Of a stretch of 64,000 nt of DNA, positions 9,840 through 20,351 are shown piece after piece. The stretch is taken from NCBI GenBank assembly GCA_963823665.1, contig CAWGMQ010000004.1, forward strand, positions 832,001 through 896,000, read 5' to 3'. Source of the DNA: an uncultured Planctomycetota bacterium (GTDB taxonomy: Bacteria > Planctomycetota > Planctomycetia > Isosphaerales > Isosphaeraceae). The notes beneath the pieces are model-generated. The model was not told where the DNA came from and did no database searches. It worked only from the letters and a program-made list of their open reading frames with translations. Numbering within the stretch: position 1 is the stretch's first letter; every line of letters starts with the position of its first letter. Both the position numbers and the translations under genes were made by a program.

Positions 9840-10072
9840 TGTGACTGGCGCGCGCTGAGCGCAGCAACCACGAAACACACTGACCACACGAAACGGTGAC
9901 AAGCTTGACGCTGCTGGGCGCGGACTGCTTTTCGGCGACTCCTTCCAGGTTGTCGAGTGACTTGATACCCATTTCTCCTGAACGATGGACTCGCTTGTGT
10001 ATTTAGATCAAGTGGCCTTTCTGGTCTACTGTCTGCGTGAGATACAGATTCTGAGACCAAGGAGATTTCAGC

Positions 10073-10702
10073 GTGGCAGTAGCAACCAAGAGTCAGAACA
10101 AGACGGGCTTCGTAAGAAAGTTTCTCCAGAACAATCCCCAAGCCAACGCCAGAGCTGTTAACGAGGCGTGGGCGGCTGCCGGGATGAAGGGAATGATCAG
10201 TCACCCGATCGTCAGCGAGATCCGAAAGCAACTGGGACTGACGGGCGATAAGGGTATGAAGACTAAAACAGCCGCCAAGGCAAAGCCAGCCACCAAAGCA
10301 CCCAAAAAATCCAGCAGCCCAGGCAAGACCATGTTCGTCAAGGAATTCTTGAACGACCATCCCGAAGGTAACCTCAAATCAGTGAACGAAGCGTGGCGAG
10401 CTGCCGGATTCAACGGGACCATCAGTAAGACCGTGCTTTACAAGGTGAAATCGTCGTTGGGTCTGACGGACAACCCCACGAAATCCAAGACATCCGCCAC
10501 AAGCAAGATACGAGTAACACCTCGTAAGGTGATCGCCCCTGCGGCCAATGTGCGTAGCGATCAGACGGCGATCCTGAACGAGCTGGAAGCCGATGTCGAT
10601 CGGCTGATCTTCAAGGCGATGGCGATTGGAAACCTGACCTTGTTTGAGGATATGTTGAGGCAGGCGAGAAGAGTGCTGTACGGTGCATTGACTGGAGGTT
10701 GA
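10073..10702 (+). CDS. Basic hypothetical protein with an internally duplicated ~47-aa domain
   Basis: AAGGAG RBS. Repeats KTGFVRKFLQNNPQANARAVNEAWAAAGMKGMIS and KTMFVKEFLNDHPEGNLKSVNEAWRAAGFNGTIS, with Lys/Ala-rich linkers. Confidence 0.8.
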   Translation: MAVATKSQNKTGFVRKFLQNNPQANARAVNEAWAAAGMKGMISHPIVSEIRKQLGLTGDKGMKTKTAAKAKPATKAPKKSSSPGKTMFVKEFLNDHPEGNLKSVNEAWRAAGFNGTISKTVLYKVKSSLGLTDNPTKSKTSATSKIRVTPRKVIAPAANVRSDQTAILNELEADVDRLIFKAMAIGNLTLFEDMLRQARRVLYGALTGG

Positions 10703-11111
10703 TAGACGAGCACGGGGTCACGCAGGCCAGAGTGGTGGGCTGCGTGTGCTTGGTGCTTGCTTCAATGAGCGGCTGCCAGGCCGAGCACCCGCATCCTGTC
10801 GCTGGTTGGTGCGCTGCAAGGGCGCGTCCCCCTGCCAACGGAACGTGGTCGACAGGATGGACACGCCGACAAGTCCGCCGATCCCGCCGACTATGCCACC
10901 GAGCGTAGCGATTTTGAGGATCTGGACCGACATCAACAGCAGTTGACTCATTAGCGTTCGTTTACATGTCACGGTCGTACCACTCCTCATTCGTCGCTCC
11001 GGGGCGTCGGACTCCGCAGAGCAAACTGCGAACGGGAAAGTGCCGTGACTCCCTGGCTCCCGTCGCCGGGGTAATCTTCACGCGCAAACTACAGATAACT
11101 GGCGGACTTGA

Positions 11112-11576
11112 TCAATCTGAAGACTGTGGCCCGAAATTCAAAGCAAAGTACGAAGATACGTCTCGCCTCCGTATGACGACCCCCGCTACCTTTGCGCAGA
11201 CCACAAACGCCGACGGACACACCAGGAGCAGCGCTATGACTGGCATGACCACGGCGAACGTACCGAGCGTACCCGCCAGTCCGTTATGGTTTTGCGGCGC
11301 AACCGGGGCAGGACTCATTTGCGACGTACATACCACGCACAGCAGCGAAAAGAAGAATAAACATACACCGGTCGCTATGCTCCCTGCCGCCCAGAGCAAT
11401 GATCGCCAACTAACGATGCTAGCAAGTGCAGGCAACAGAACGATTGAAATGCACCATGCAGTCAAAAACGCTTTGCCAATGGGCCCATACGCAACTGGCT
11501 GCGAGATTCTACCGAGCCCTGCAACGAGGATGATGACCGCACTGACAAATGTGTATTTCGCGATTCTCTGAAACAT
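11112..11576 (-). CDS. Hypothetical membrane protein
   Basis: 154-aa ORF with four hydrophobic segments and lower GC than the flanks. Confidence 0.5.
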   Translation of the reverse strand: MFQRIAKYTFVSAVIILVAGLGRISQPVAYGPIGKAFLTAWCISIVLLPALASIVSWRSLLWAAGSIATGVCLFFFSLLCVVCTSQMSPAPVAPQNHNGLAGTLGTFAVVMPVIALLLVCPSAFVVCAKVAGVVIRRRDVSSYFALNFGPQSSD

Positions 11577-11765
11577 GTATGCCCAAGACTCATCCGTTCA
11601 GAAAGAATCGGGAGCAAGGATCATTCAGCGCAATCATGATGCGTCGACACTCAGCCGTCGAGCCCGGGGAGATTAACCAATCGACGCGTGATGTCGCGTA
11701 TCAACGATCCGCCCCCAAAATCGAGCCGCCCCCGGGCGCTTCTTGATCACGCTTTTCACATTCTC

Positions 11766-12200
11766 TCATTGTCCCGGGCCTCGACGCACGAGGTGCTTTA
11801 ATGGTGGAAGCAGTTCTAATGATCGTTCCCTGAGCTCGTCCATCGCGATCACCGTGTGTCGCAGCGCACAGTCCCGCGCGCTCTCCAAATCAAGAGACGC
11901 GAGACCGAACTCGCCTTGCATCGCACGCGCGAGGCTTCGATTGAAGCATGCTCTCGCCAGAAGCAAGCACACCGTTTTTTCGTGGTCGATCCCGGAAATT
12001 CGACCACACAGCGCGATGGCATTACGGTGGTCCCGAACAGCTTCGCGTAGATCCAACTGGCCACGATAGGAATTGCCCCGGCGAATCATGCAATCGGCCA
12101 GCATGATACCGGATTGCTCGCGCTTGCTTGGTTTCTGATGCTGACTCAGATAGATCTCGATCGCTCCGTCGAAATCAGCAACGGCGGAAGCGTGCAACAC
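11766..12200 (-). CDS. TPR-like hypothetical protein, possibly 5'-truncated
   Basis: TPR-like phrases AVADFDGAIEIY, RRGNSYRG and FNRSLARAMQGEFGLASLDLE. Confidence 0.45.
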   Translation of the reverse strand: MLHASAVADFDGAIEIYLSQHQKPSKREQSGIMLADCMIRRGNSYRGQLDLREAVRDHRNAIALCGRISGIDHEKTVCLLLARACFNRSLARAMQGEFGLASLDLESARDCALRHTVIAMDELRERSLELLPPLKHLVRRGPGQ

Positions 12201-12339
12201 ATGCGAGTGGTATCCAGATCCATAATCTCAGAGAGTGTTTCTTCATAAATGGCACGAGCAGGTATTCGTCGAAAGTCTCATCACTAGCTCACCTACATTG
12301 CGTCTGTCGCGACTTCGGCTTGGAAAGTTAATTGTCGTT

Positions 12340-12660
12340 GATCACCGCCTCGAGGAAGCGGCGGTCGAGTGGATTAGCCAGGCGGTCGCGGAGCAGGAAA
12401 TGGCGGGGATGCCCGACGGCGAGGTGTCGGCGCTCTGCGACGCGATGATCGGCGCCGATATTCAGGCGGAGTTGAGCGGTTTGCTATCGGCCGCCCGAGA
12501 GGGCACGTTGGGCGCGTCGGAGCTAGCGCGGCTCGACAAGCTCATCGTCCTCTATCGACGGGGATTAGTGCAGACGGCACGCGCGTGGAAGGAAGCAGTG
12601 GCGCACGGCCTCCGGGCGTCGGTGAATGATGCCGGGGCGGATGCTGGTTATGCCGAGTGA
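12340..12660 (+). pseudogene. 5'-truncated antitoxin-like helical protein of the type found upstream of HNH genes
   Basis: QAELSGLLSAAREGTLGASELARLDKLIVLYRRGLVQTARAWKEAVAHGL. Its stop overlaps the start of the HNH fragment, and no convincing start codon is present. Confidence 0.55.
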
Positions 12661-12760
12661 TTGGGTTACGCCGGAGGTTGAACGGCGCGTTCGCGCGACC
12701 GCGGGAAATCGGTGCGGTTACTGTCTCAATCCGCAGCGCCTTGTGATGGCGCGACTGGAA
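12650..12760 (+). pseudogene. HNH endonuclease N-terminal fragment
   Basis: MPSDWVTPEVERRVRATAGNRCGYCLNPQRLVMARLE. Similarity stops just before the expected (I/V)(D/E)HIIP motif. Confidence 0.7.
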
Positions 12761-13011
12761 TTGCCTTCAAAGCGTCGGCAAAGCCGGCTTTGCGCGCGCA
12801 CCGCCGAATTGCCAGACTTCGGCCATTCCAACTGGCCCAAAGGCCTGGAGGATCGTCGCGCCCGGTGCTAAACCAGTCTAACAGAAGAGGCAAAGGTAAC
12901 GACGAGTGCGATCAGAGGCCGAGGAGAGAGCACGCGAGCAACTGAAAGTGCTCGTTGTCTGGACCTCTGTACAACGGCAGCGCAGATGGTGAACAGCGAT
13001 CGGGGCAGGTC

Positions 13012-13045
13012 GGTCAAGGAGCCCTTTGAAGGAAGCTCCTTGACC
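13012..13045 (-). terminator. Stem-loop downstream of the RRM gene
   Basis: GGTCAAGGAGC-12 nt-GCTCCTTGACC, a perfect 11-bp stem about 20 nt after the stop codon. No U-tract. Confidence 0.5.
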
Positions 13046-13064
13046 CTGCAGCCGTATCGAATGC

Positions 13065-13445
13065 TCAATAACGCCGACCGCCGCCGCCACCGCCTCCATA
13101 ACCACCGCCACCGCCGCCGCCGCCGTAGCCGCCGCGACCTCCACCGCCACCACCGCCGTAGCCGCCGCGGCCACCGCCACCGCCGCCCCCACGCTCCTCA
13201 CGTGGCTTGGCTTCGTTGACCGTCAGCCGCCGCCCGTCATGCTCGTGGTCATTGAGTGCCGAAATCGCCGCCTGCGCTTCGGCGTCGGACCCCATCTCCA
13301 CGAAGCCAAACCCCTTGGATCGGTTGGTGGCCCGATCGACGATGACCTGTGCGCTCTGGACAGTGCCGAACGGCATGAACAGCGCTTCCAGGTCGGACTC
13401 GTTGACGTTGTAAGTCAGGTTGCCCACATACAGCTTCTTACCCAC
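13065..13445 (-). CDS. RRM RNA-binding protein with Gly-rich tail
   Basis: RNP2 LYVGNL, RNP1 KGFGFVEM and a GGGGRGGY tail. GTG start at 13445 preceded by CGGAG. Confidence 0.95.
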   Translation of the reverse strand: MGKKLYVGNLTYNVNESDLEALFMPFGTVQSAQVIVDRATNRSKGFGFVEMGSDAEAQAAISALNDHEHDGRRLTVNEAKPREERGGGGGGGRGGYGGGGGGGRGGYGGGGGGGGYGGGGGGGRRY

Positions 13446-14577
13446 GATCGAACTCCGAAACGAAAAGCTGATGACCCTTGGGATGCTTTCAGGGTCGAGA
13501 GAAAGGGGCTTCCGTTGAAGCCCATTCGGTGGATAAGACGAGGGAGAAGCCTCGACCGGATCGGGAAGACCTAGCGGTTCCACTCGGTCGTCAAACCAAC
13601 CGACCAGAGCATAACAAGTAATGGAAAGGATTAACAGATTCTATCGCAGATGCGCGCCGAGGTGAGCGGAGGAATTCCAAATCTTTGCGCAACTGGATCC
13701 CGGTGCGCAAAGGGGGTGCATGCCACTCGAATACTGCCACATTCGAATCGCGGATGTTGTTCCATAATGTGTGACGGGCGGATTCAAATGATATCCGCGC
13801 CTGTTGTCGGGCGTGACCCGCTGGACTAAAACGGTGCGTGGTCTGGGAGGCTCGCTATCACGTGGAAGGTTGCTCGCACGCGGTCTCTCGCGCATGGGTC
13901 GTCAGCCTAAAAACCTGACCTACGGGAACGTGGGGGCGTTCCCTTAGTGCTTATAGAGCAAGGACCATCGTCGAATGTTCAAAACGAAGTCCATCCCGTA
14001 ACCGATCCATGTTGCGAGGACAACAGTCGGGTTAGGTAAAATAGATAAAATGAGTAGTTTGGTCGGCTTGGAGGTCTGGGATGTGGTATACTGTGTGGTA
14101 GGCGGGATTGTCCGGCATGACTGGGGGTTGGGCCTCCGGTTCTGGGCACTTCGCTCGCCGGGCTGGGCGCTGTTTTGCCGAGCCGCGGCGCCGATGCGAG
14201 AATCCTTGCTCACAGCACTTTTGGCGGGCACTCGTGCCAAGGAGTGAGCCACGCCATTGACGTGTGGACCGTGCTCAACTTGGGAGCCTATCTTGCTCGA
14301 TATCGCAACGACGCCGGTGCAACGGATTCGTACATCGCCACGGCGTTTTCCGCATGCGTGTTTCGCCCGTCGGTCGCCAGTCGGTGCGAGAATTCGACGG
14401 AAGGTGTTGATCTGGCCGGAGAACGGCGATTTGAAATGACACCAGTTTTGTCGTATAGAGTGACAATTAGTGCCAGATAGTGCCATTCTTCCAGAGCCTC
14501 AAATGCCGCGTTGCACTCCGCTGTGTTTTTCCATGTCGCATGAGAGCGAGTCGTAGCTTCCAGAAAGGACCTGAGTC

Positions 14578-16541
14578 TTGGAAACACACAAGTATGTCTG
14601 GAAGCCGTCGCCGGAGGTCATTGAGAACGCAAACATCACGCGCTTGATGCGCCGGCATGGGATCGCCGGATATCGCGAGTTGATCGCGAAGTCGATTGAC
14701 GAGGTCGAATGGTTCTGGAACGCGGTCGTCGAGGATTTGCAGATTGAGTTCTTCCGGCCGTTCGATCGGGTGATGGACTCAAGCGGAGGAATTGCCTGGA
14801 CCCGATGGTTCTGCGGCGGAACGATCAACCTGGCCCATCAGTGCCTGGACCGGCACGCTCGGTCCGCTCGCCGCAATCACCCGGCGGTGATTTCGGAAGG
14901 AGAGGATGGGGTTGCTCGCTGCCTGTCGTACGGCGAGCTGCAAACGGAGACTTGCCGGCTGGCCAATGCGCTCGCGGGCCTCGGCATCGGCCATGGTGAC
15001 GCCATCGGCCTGTTCTTGCCGATGATTCCCGAAGCCGTGATCGGCTTCCTCGCGTGCGCCAAGCTGGGCGCGATTGCCGTACCGATCTTCTCGGGTTTCG
15101 GGGCGCAAGCCGTCGCGGCGCGGCTGACGGATTGTCAAGCCAAGGCTGTGCTCACGGCCAGCGGAAGCTGGCGGCGGGGCCATGCGATCGGCATGCAAGG
15201 CGTTGCTCTGGACGCGGCCGCGGCGTGCCCCAGCGTGCGCCACGTCATCGTGTCGCGACGAGAGGGCGGAACTGAGTCATGTGCGGACGCATCGCGTTGT
15301 CTCGATTGGGGGGAGCTTGTGCGCCCGGAATCGCCGGAACGGGCATCAACAGCGCTCGACCCGGAGACGCCGTTCATGATCGCCTACACATCGGGAACGA
15401 CGGGGCGGCCCAAGGGGGCGGTGCACGTGCACGGGGGGTTTCTGGTCAAGATCGCGTCGGAAGTCGCCTACCAGGTGGATATGCACGCAGACGACCGGTT
15501 GTTCTGGGTGACGGATCTGGGCTGGATCATGGGGCCGTGGGAGATCACGGGGGCACTGGCGGCCGGCGGCACGGTCGTGCTCGCCGAGGGTGCGCCGGAT
15601 TATCCAGCACCGGACCGTATCTGGTCGATCGTCCAGCGGCATGGTGTGACCATTTTGGGAGTGTCGCCGACGTTGATTCGCGCGCTCATGAGGCATGGCG
15701 CACAACCGGTTGCCGCGCATGATCTGAGCGGGCTGCGGATTCTCGCCTCGACGGGCGAGGCGTGGGATCCGGAATCGTGGCGGTGGCTATTCGAGAAGGC
15801 CGGGGGAGGCCGGTGTCCGATCATCAACATCTCGGGAGGAACGGAGGTCGGCGCGTGCCTGCTTTCCGCGCTGCCGATCACGCCGCTGAAGCCGTGCTCG
15901 CTGGTCGGACCGGCGCTGGCGATGGCCGTGGATGTTTATGATCCGGAGGGCAAGCCGCTGCGCGAGGGTGTCGGCGAGCTCGTCTGCACCAAGCCATGGC
16001 CGGCGATGACCCGCGGGATCTGGGGCGATCCGGACCGGTACTTGGCCACTTATTGGTCGCGATGGCCGGATGTCTGGGTGCATGGTGACTGGGCGTCGAT
16101 CGATGCAGACGGCGACTGGTTCCTTCATGGTCGCAGCGACGACACGCTCAACGTGGCGGGCAAGCGGCTGGGGCCGGCCGAGGTCGAGTCGATTCTCGCC
16201 GAGGACGACGCGGTCGCCGAATCGGCGGCGGTTGGAGTGCCCGATGACCTCAAGGGAGAAGTCATTTTATGCTTCGCTGTGCTCAAGCCCGGCCACGTTG
16301 GGAGCGCGGAACTTCGAGGCGAGCTTCGCGAGCGGGTGGCGCGGCGCTGGGGAAATCGTTCGCCCCGGAGGATGTCCGGTTCGTGACCGAGCTACCGAAG
16401 ACGCGTAGCGGCAAGATCCTGAGGCGCGTGATCCGAAAGGTCGCGCTGGGCCAGGATCCCGGGGATCTGTCGAGCATCGAGAACCTGGGGGCGCTTGAGG
16501 TGATCTCAAATACTAGTGATCCTCCGGGAAATCGTGCATGA
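14578..16541 (+). CDS. Acetyl-CoA synthetase-like AMP-binding enzyme (frameshift near 16345)
   Basis: YTSGTTGRPKG, SGGTE, HGRSDD and GKRLGPAEVES. The C-terminal LPKTRSGKILRR is in the shifted frame. Confidence 0.9.
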
Positions 16542-19500
16542 AGCGGGCGGCGTAGTTGGTGCCCTCGACCAGGTGGTCGTCTTCTCCGGTCTGCGTGGCC
16601 GCGCGGGGCGGGGAAGTAGCTGTAGAGGATCGGCATCATGTACCGGGTGAGGAACAGGGTGCAGAGCATGGCCCCGACGACAACGATCGCGAGTGGCTTC
16701 TGAGCTTGCGAGCCGATCGACGTGGCGATGGCGGCGGGGAAGAGGCCGAGTGCAGCGGTGAGCGAGGTCATCACCACTGGCCGCACGCGGAGCTCGGGGC
16801 CGCGGAGGCAGGTCTCCCACACCGAGTAGCCGCGGGCGCGCATCTGGTTGCAGTAGGTGACGAGGAGCACGCCGTCCTGGACGGCCACGCCGAAGACCGA
16901 GACGAATCCAACGGCGCCGGAGATGCTGAAATGCGTGCCGGTAAAGTACAGAGCAAACACGCCACCCATGGCGGCTTCGAGGACGTTGACCATCACCAGC
17001 AGGCAGTCTTTGATCGAGGAGAACATCGAATACAAGAGCATGATGATCAGGGCCAGGGAGAGGGGGATGATCCAGAGCAGTCGGCTGTTGGCTTCTTGCA
17101 TCTGCTCGAATTCACCGGACCACTTCATGTCGTAGCCGGGCGGAAGCGCGACGCCGGTCTTGGGGTCGTTCACCTTGCTCATCGCTTCGGCGATCGCCGA
17201 GGCCAGGTCGCGGTCGCGCACGCTGAACTTGATCGGAATGAAACGGCGGTTGTTTTCGCGGTAGACGTAAGAAGCCCCCGGCTTGTGGGCGACCATGTGC
17301 GTCAACTGAGAGAGCGGAATCCGGTAACCCGGGCTCGAATCGTCGGCGCCGGGGACGTCGACCAGAATCCGGTTGATCACCTCGGGATCGTCACGAAGCT
17401 CCGGCGGCAGGCGCAAGGTGATGTCGAAGAGCTTCTCGCCTTCGACCATCTGGGTGAACGCCTCGCCGCCGATGGCTGCCTGCACGACACGTTCGACATC
17501 GTAGACATTCACTCCGTGGCGGGCGCAGAGCGTGCGGTCGATCTCGATTTCGAGATTGGGCTGGCCGACGATGTGAAAGAGGCCGACGTTCTCGATACCG
17601 GGCACAGTTTTCAGGATGTTCGCGATGCGCTGGCCGAGCTGCTCGAGAGTCTGGAGATTCGAGCCGATGATCTTGACCGAGTTGGCCCCCTTGACGCCGG
17701 AGAGGGCTTCTTCGACGTTATCGCGAATGTACTGCGAGAAATTGAAGTTGAAACCGGGGTAGTCCTTGAACTTCTTCATCAGCTCCTTCTCGATGTCCTC
17801 GCGGGAGATCGTCGCATCCCAGAGCCTGTAGCCGAAGAGATAGAAGGGCGTTTTTCGCCATTCCTCCATCGGCTTCAAGGGAGCGCCGATTTCCAGATTG
17901 AAGAAGCCGGTCACGTCGGTGCCGTCGTCGGGCCGGCCGACCTGGGAGATCACGCGGCTGACCTCGGGGATCGACGCGACGACTTCGCGCAGTTGCGGTG
18001 CCAGCTTGGCGGCGGCCTCCATCGAGGTCGTGCGGGGCAGCGTCGCTCGGATCCAGAGATAACCTTCCTCGAGCGGGGGCATGAACTCACCCCCCAGGTG
18101 AGGGATCAGGAACAGCGTGTAGACGAACAGCCCGATCATGACCGCGAGCGTGAGCATTCGATGCCGGAGAACCCAGGAGAGTGCCTTCAGGTACCTGAGC
18201 TTCATCAGGCGGTCGAGCATCGTGTCGGGGGCTTCCTTCTTGTTCACGAAGAAGAACGAGCACAGCACCGGCGCGAGTGTGACGGCCATCAGCAAGGCGC
18301 CGCAGATGGCGAAGGCGTACGTGTTGGCCATCGGTCCGAAGAGCGCGCCTTCGGGCCCGGACATCGAGAAAAGGGGGATGAAGGCGCAGACGATGATGGT
18401 CGTCGAATAGAAGAGCGCTCGCTCGATCTCACTGGAGGCATCGATGATCCGGTCGATCAAGGATCGCGAGCGGTCGACGCCTGGCGCGGTGATGTGGCGA
18501 TAGATGTTCTCGACGATGATCGTCGAGCTGTCGACGATGATTCCGAAATCGACCGCGCCGATCGAGAGCAGGTTGGCCGACTTGCCCTGCACGTAAAGGA
18601 CAGTGATCGAGAAGAACAGCGCGAGCGGAATCATGATGGCCACGATGGCGGCGCTTGCGATATCACCGAGGAATATGAACAGGATGCCGATGACAAGACC
18701 CATGCCCACGAGCAGGTTATGCAGCACGTTGTGCTTGGTCACGTTTACCAGCTCGCTGCGCTCGTTGAAGATGGTGATCGTCATTCCGGGCGGGAGAATG
18801 CCCGTTTTCTGGATCTCGGCGATCTTTTCCTTGACCGCGTCGGAGACGGTGATCGATTTTTCGTACTTGCGCATCAGGACGATGCCCTCGACGACGTCGT
18901 TTTCCTTCTTGATGGGCAAGTGGCGGCCGACGATACCCAGGCGCGGCTGATGCCCTTCCAGAACCTTGGCGACGTGGCTGACCAGAATCGGGTTACCCTG
19001 GTACTGGGCGACGACGACGTTGCGAATATCGTCGAGCTTGTTGTCGATGCAGCTCGGCGCGGTTGGGGAACAGCGAGGGCTCGAGGGGATCGATCCCCTT
19101 ACCGAGCAACCCGATGCCGCGAACGATGTGGGACTGGCTTCCGAGGGTGAGGATGTTTCCCGAAACGTTGGCATTCGACTTCTGAATTGCGTCCTGCACT
19201 TGCTGGAGGGTGATGCTGTAGTGATTCAGCTGCATCGGGTCGACCAGCACCAGGTATTGCTTGACGGTCCCGCCGAAGCCGGTCACGTCGATCACGCCGG
19301 GAACCGTTTTCAGGGCGCGCTGGACGACCCAGTCCTGGACGGCCTTGATCTCGTTCAAGGTGTAGCCGGGCCCCTCGAGCACGTAGCGCACGATTTCGCC
19401 GGTCGGGCTCCACGGCGAAAGCACGGGATTAACGCCCGCCGGCAGGTTGGAGAGGGAGTTCATGCGGTTGATCACCTCCTGGCGGGCTCTCCAGTAGTCG

Positions 19501-19802
19501 GTGTCGTAGGTGAACTGGCACTTGACGTCGGTCAGCCCGGCGATCGACGTGCTGCGGAGGTCTTCGAGACCGGGCATACCGTTGAGCGCGATTTCGATCG
19601 GAATGCCGACGAGGCGCTCCATTTCCTCGGGGTTGGCGCCGGGGTTCTGGGCGATGACCTCGACCAGGGGGGGCGTCGGGTCGGGATAGGCCTCGACGTT
19701 CAGATTCCGCGCCGAATGAATGCCTGCGACAATCAAGACGACCGTGGCCAGAATGACGATCAGGCGGTTGTGCAGGCTCCAGGTGATGATCGCACGGACC
19801 AT
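16513..19802 (-). CDS. CusA/CzcA-family heavy-metal efflux RND permease (frameshifts near 19050 and 16590)
   Basis: VEAYPDPTPPLVEVI, GAVDFGIIVDSS, GRPDDGTD, GVAVQDG, RVRPVVMT and QKPLAIVVVG. The corrected C-terminus ends at TAG 16513. Confidence 0.92.
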
Positions 19803-20351
19803 GATTCGTCGACCTCAATCGAAGCGGCACAGGGTGTCTTTCGGGTGGACTGCGTCGGGGAAGGACGGGGCTGCGGAGAGCGGCAGATCGCCGGCGATAC
19901 CCGGGGCCACTCCACCCCGCTCTTGTTTACCACGGAGAATCCCACCCGGATCGTTCAGACGTTTAGCATAGTTGGCAGCGCGAACGGGAACAAGGGAGGA
20001 CGATGGCAATGTGAACCCTCGGGCGCTGGGAGCGCGAGTGGCTGCCTATCGCGGGTTCGACCGGATTCTTGTGGCGGAATGCGGGCCCTCCCTGGCGCCG
20101 CCTTGGCCGAGCCTCTGCGATTTCGCGCCTCTTTACAGGACGGAGCCAATCCTTGATAATCTAACCCGGTAACCGGATGGTTCGTTCACTTCAAATGGTT
20201 AAATCCATTCCCTCTAGAGCGGGCTGCCACGCCGTGGGTGATTGCTCGTTGCCGTTCCTGACGCGACGCGACAAAGCGGTCCGTTTTCGTTTGGGCGAAT
20301 CCTTCCGGAAATCGTAGAAACGGATATGCTCCGTTTCGTGGAGGTCAGTCG

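Noticed and set aside
10700..12330. Run of short, lower-GC minus-strand ORFs as an integron cassette array
   Set aside because: I found no RYYYAAC...GTTRRRY attC hairpins between the ORFs and no integrase.
13075..13200. GC-rich microsatellite-like tract
   Set aside because: It encodes the Gly-rich GGGGRGGY tail of the RRM protein.
16556..19150. Long antisense ORFs (864 aa here; also 30994-33228 and 37272-39746)
   Set aside because: They are shadows of real genes on the opposite strand, caused by high-GC codon bias, and have no recognisable motifs.
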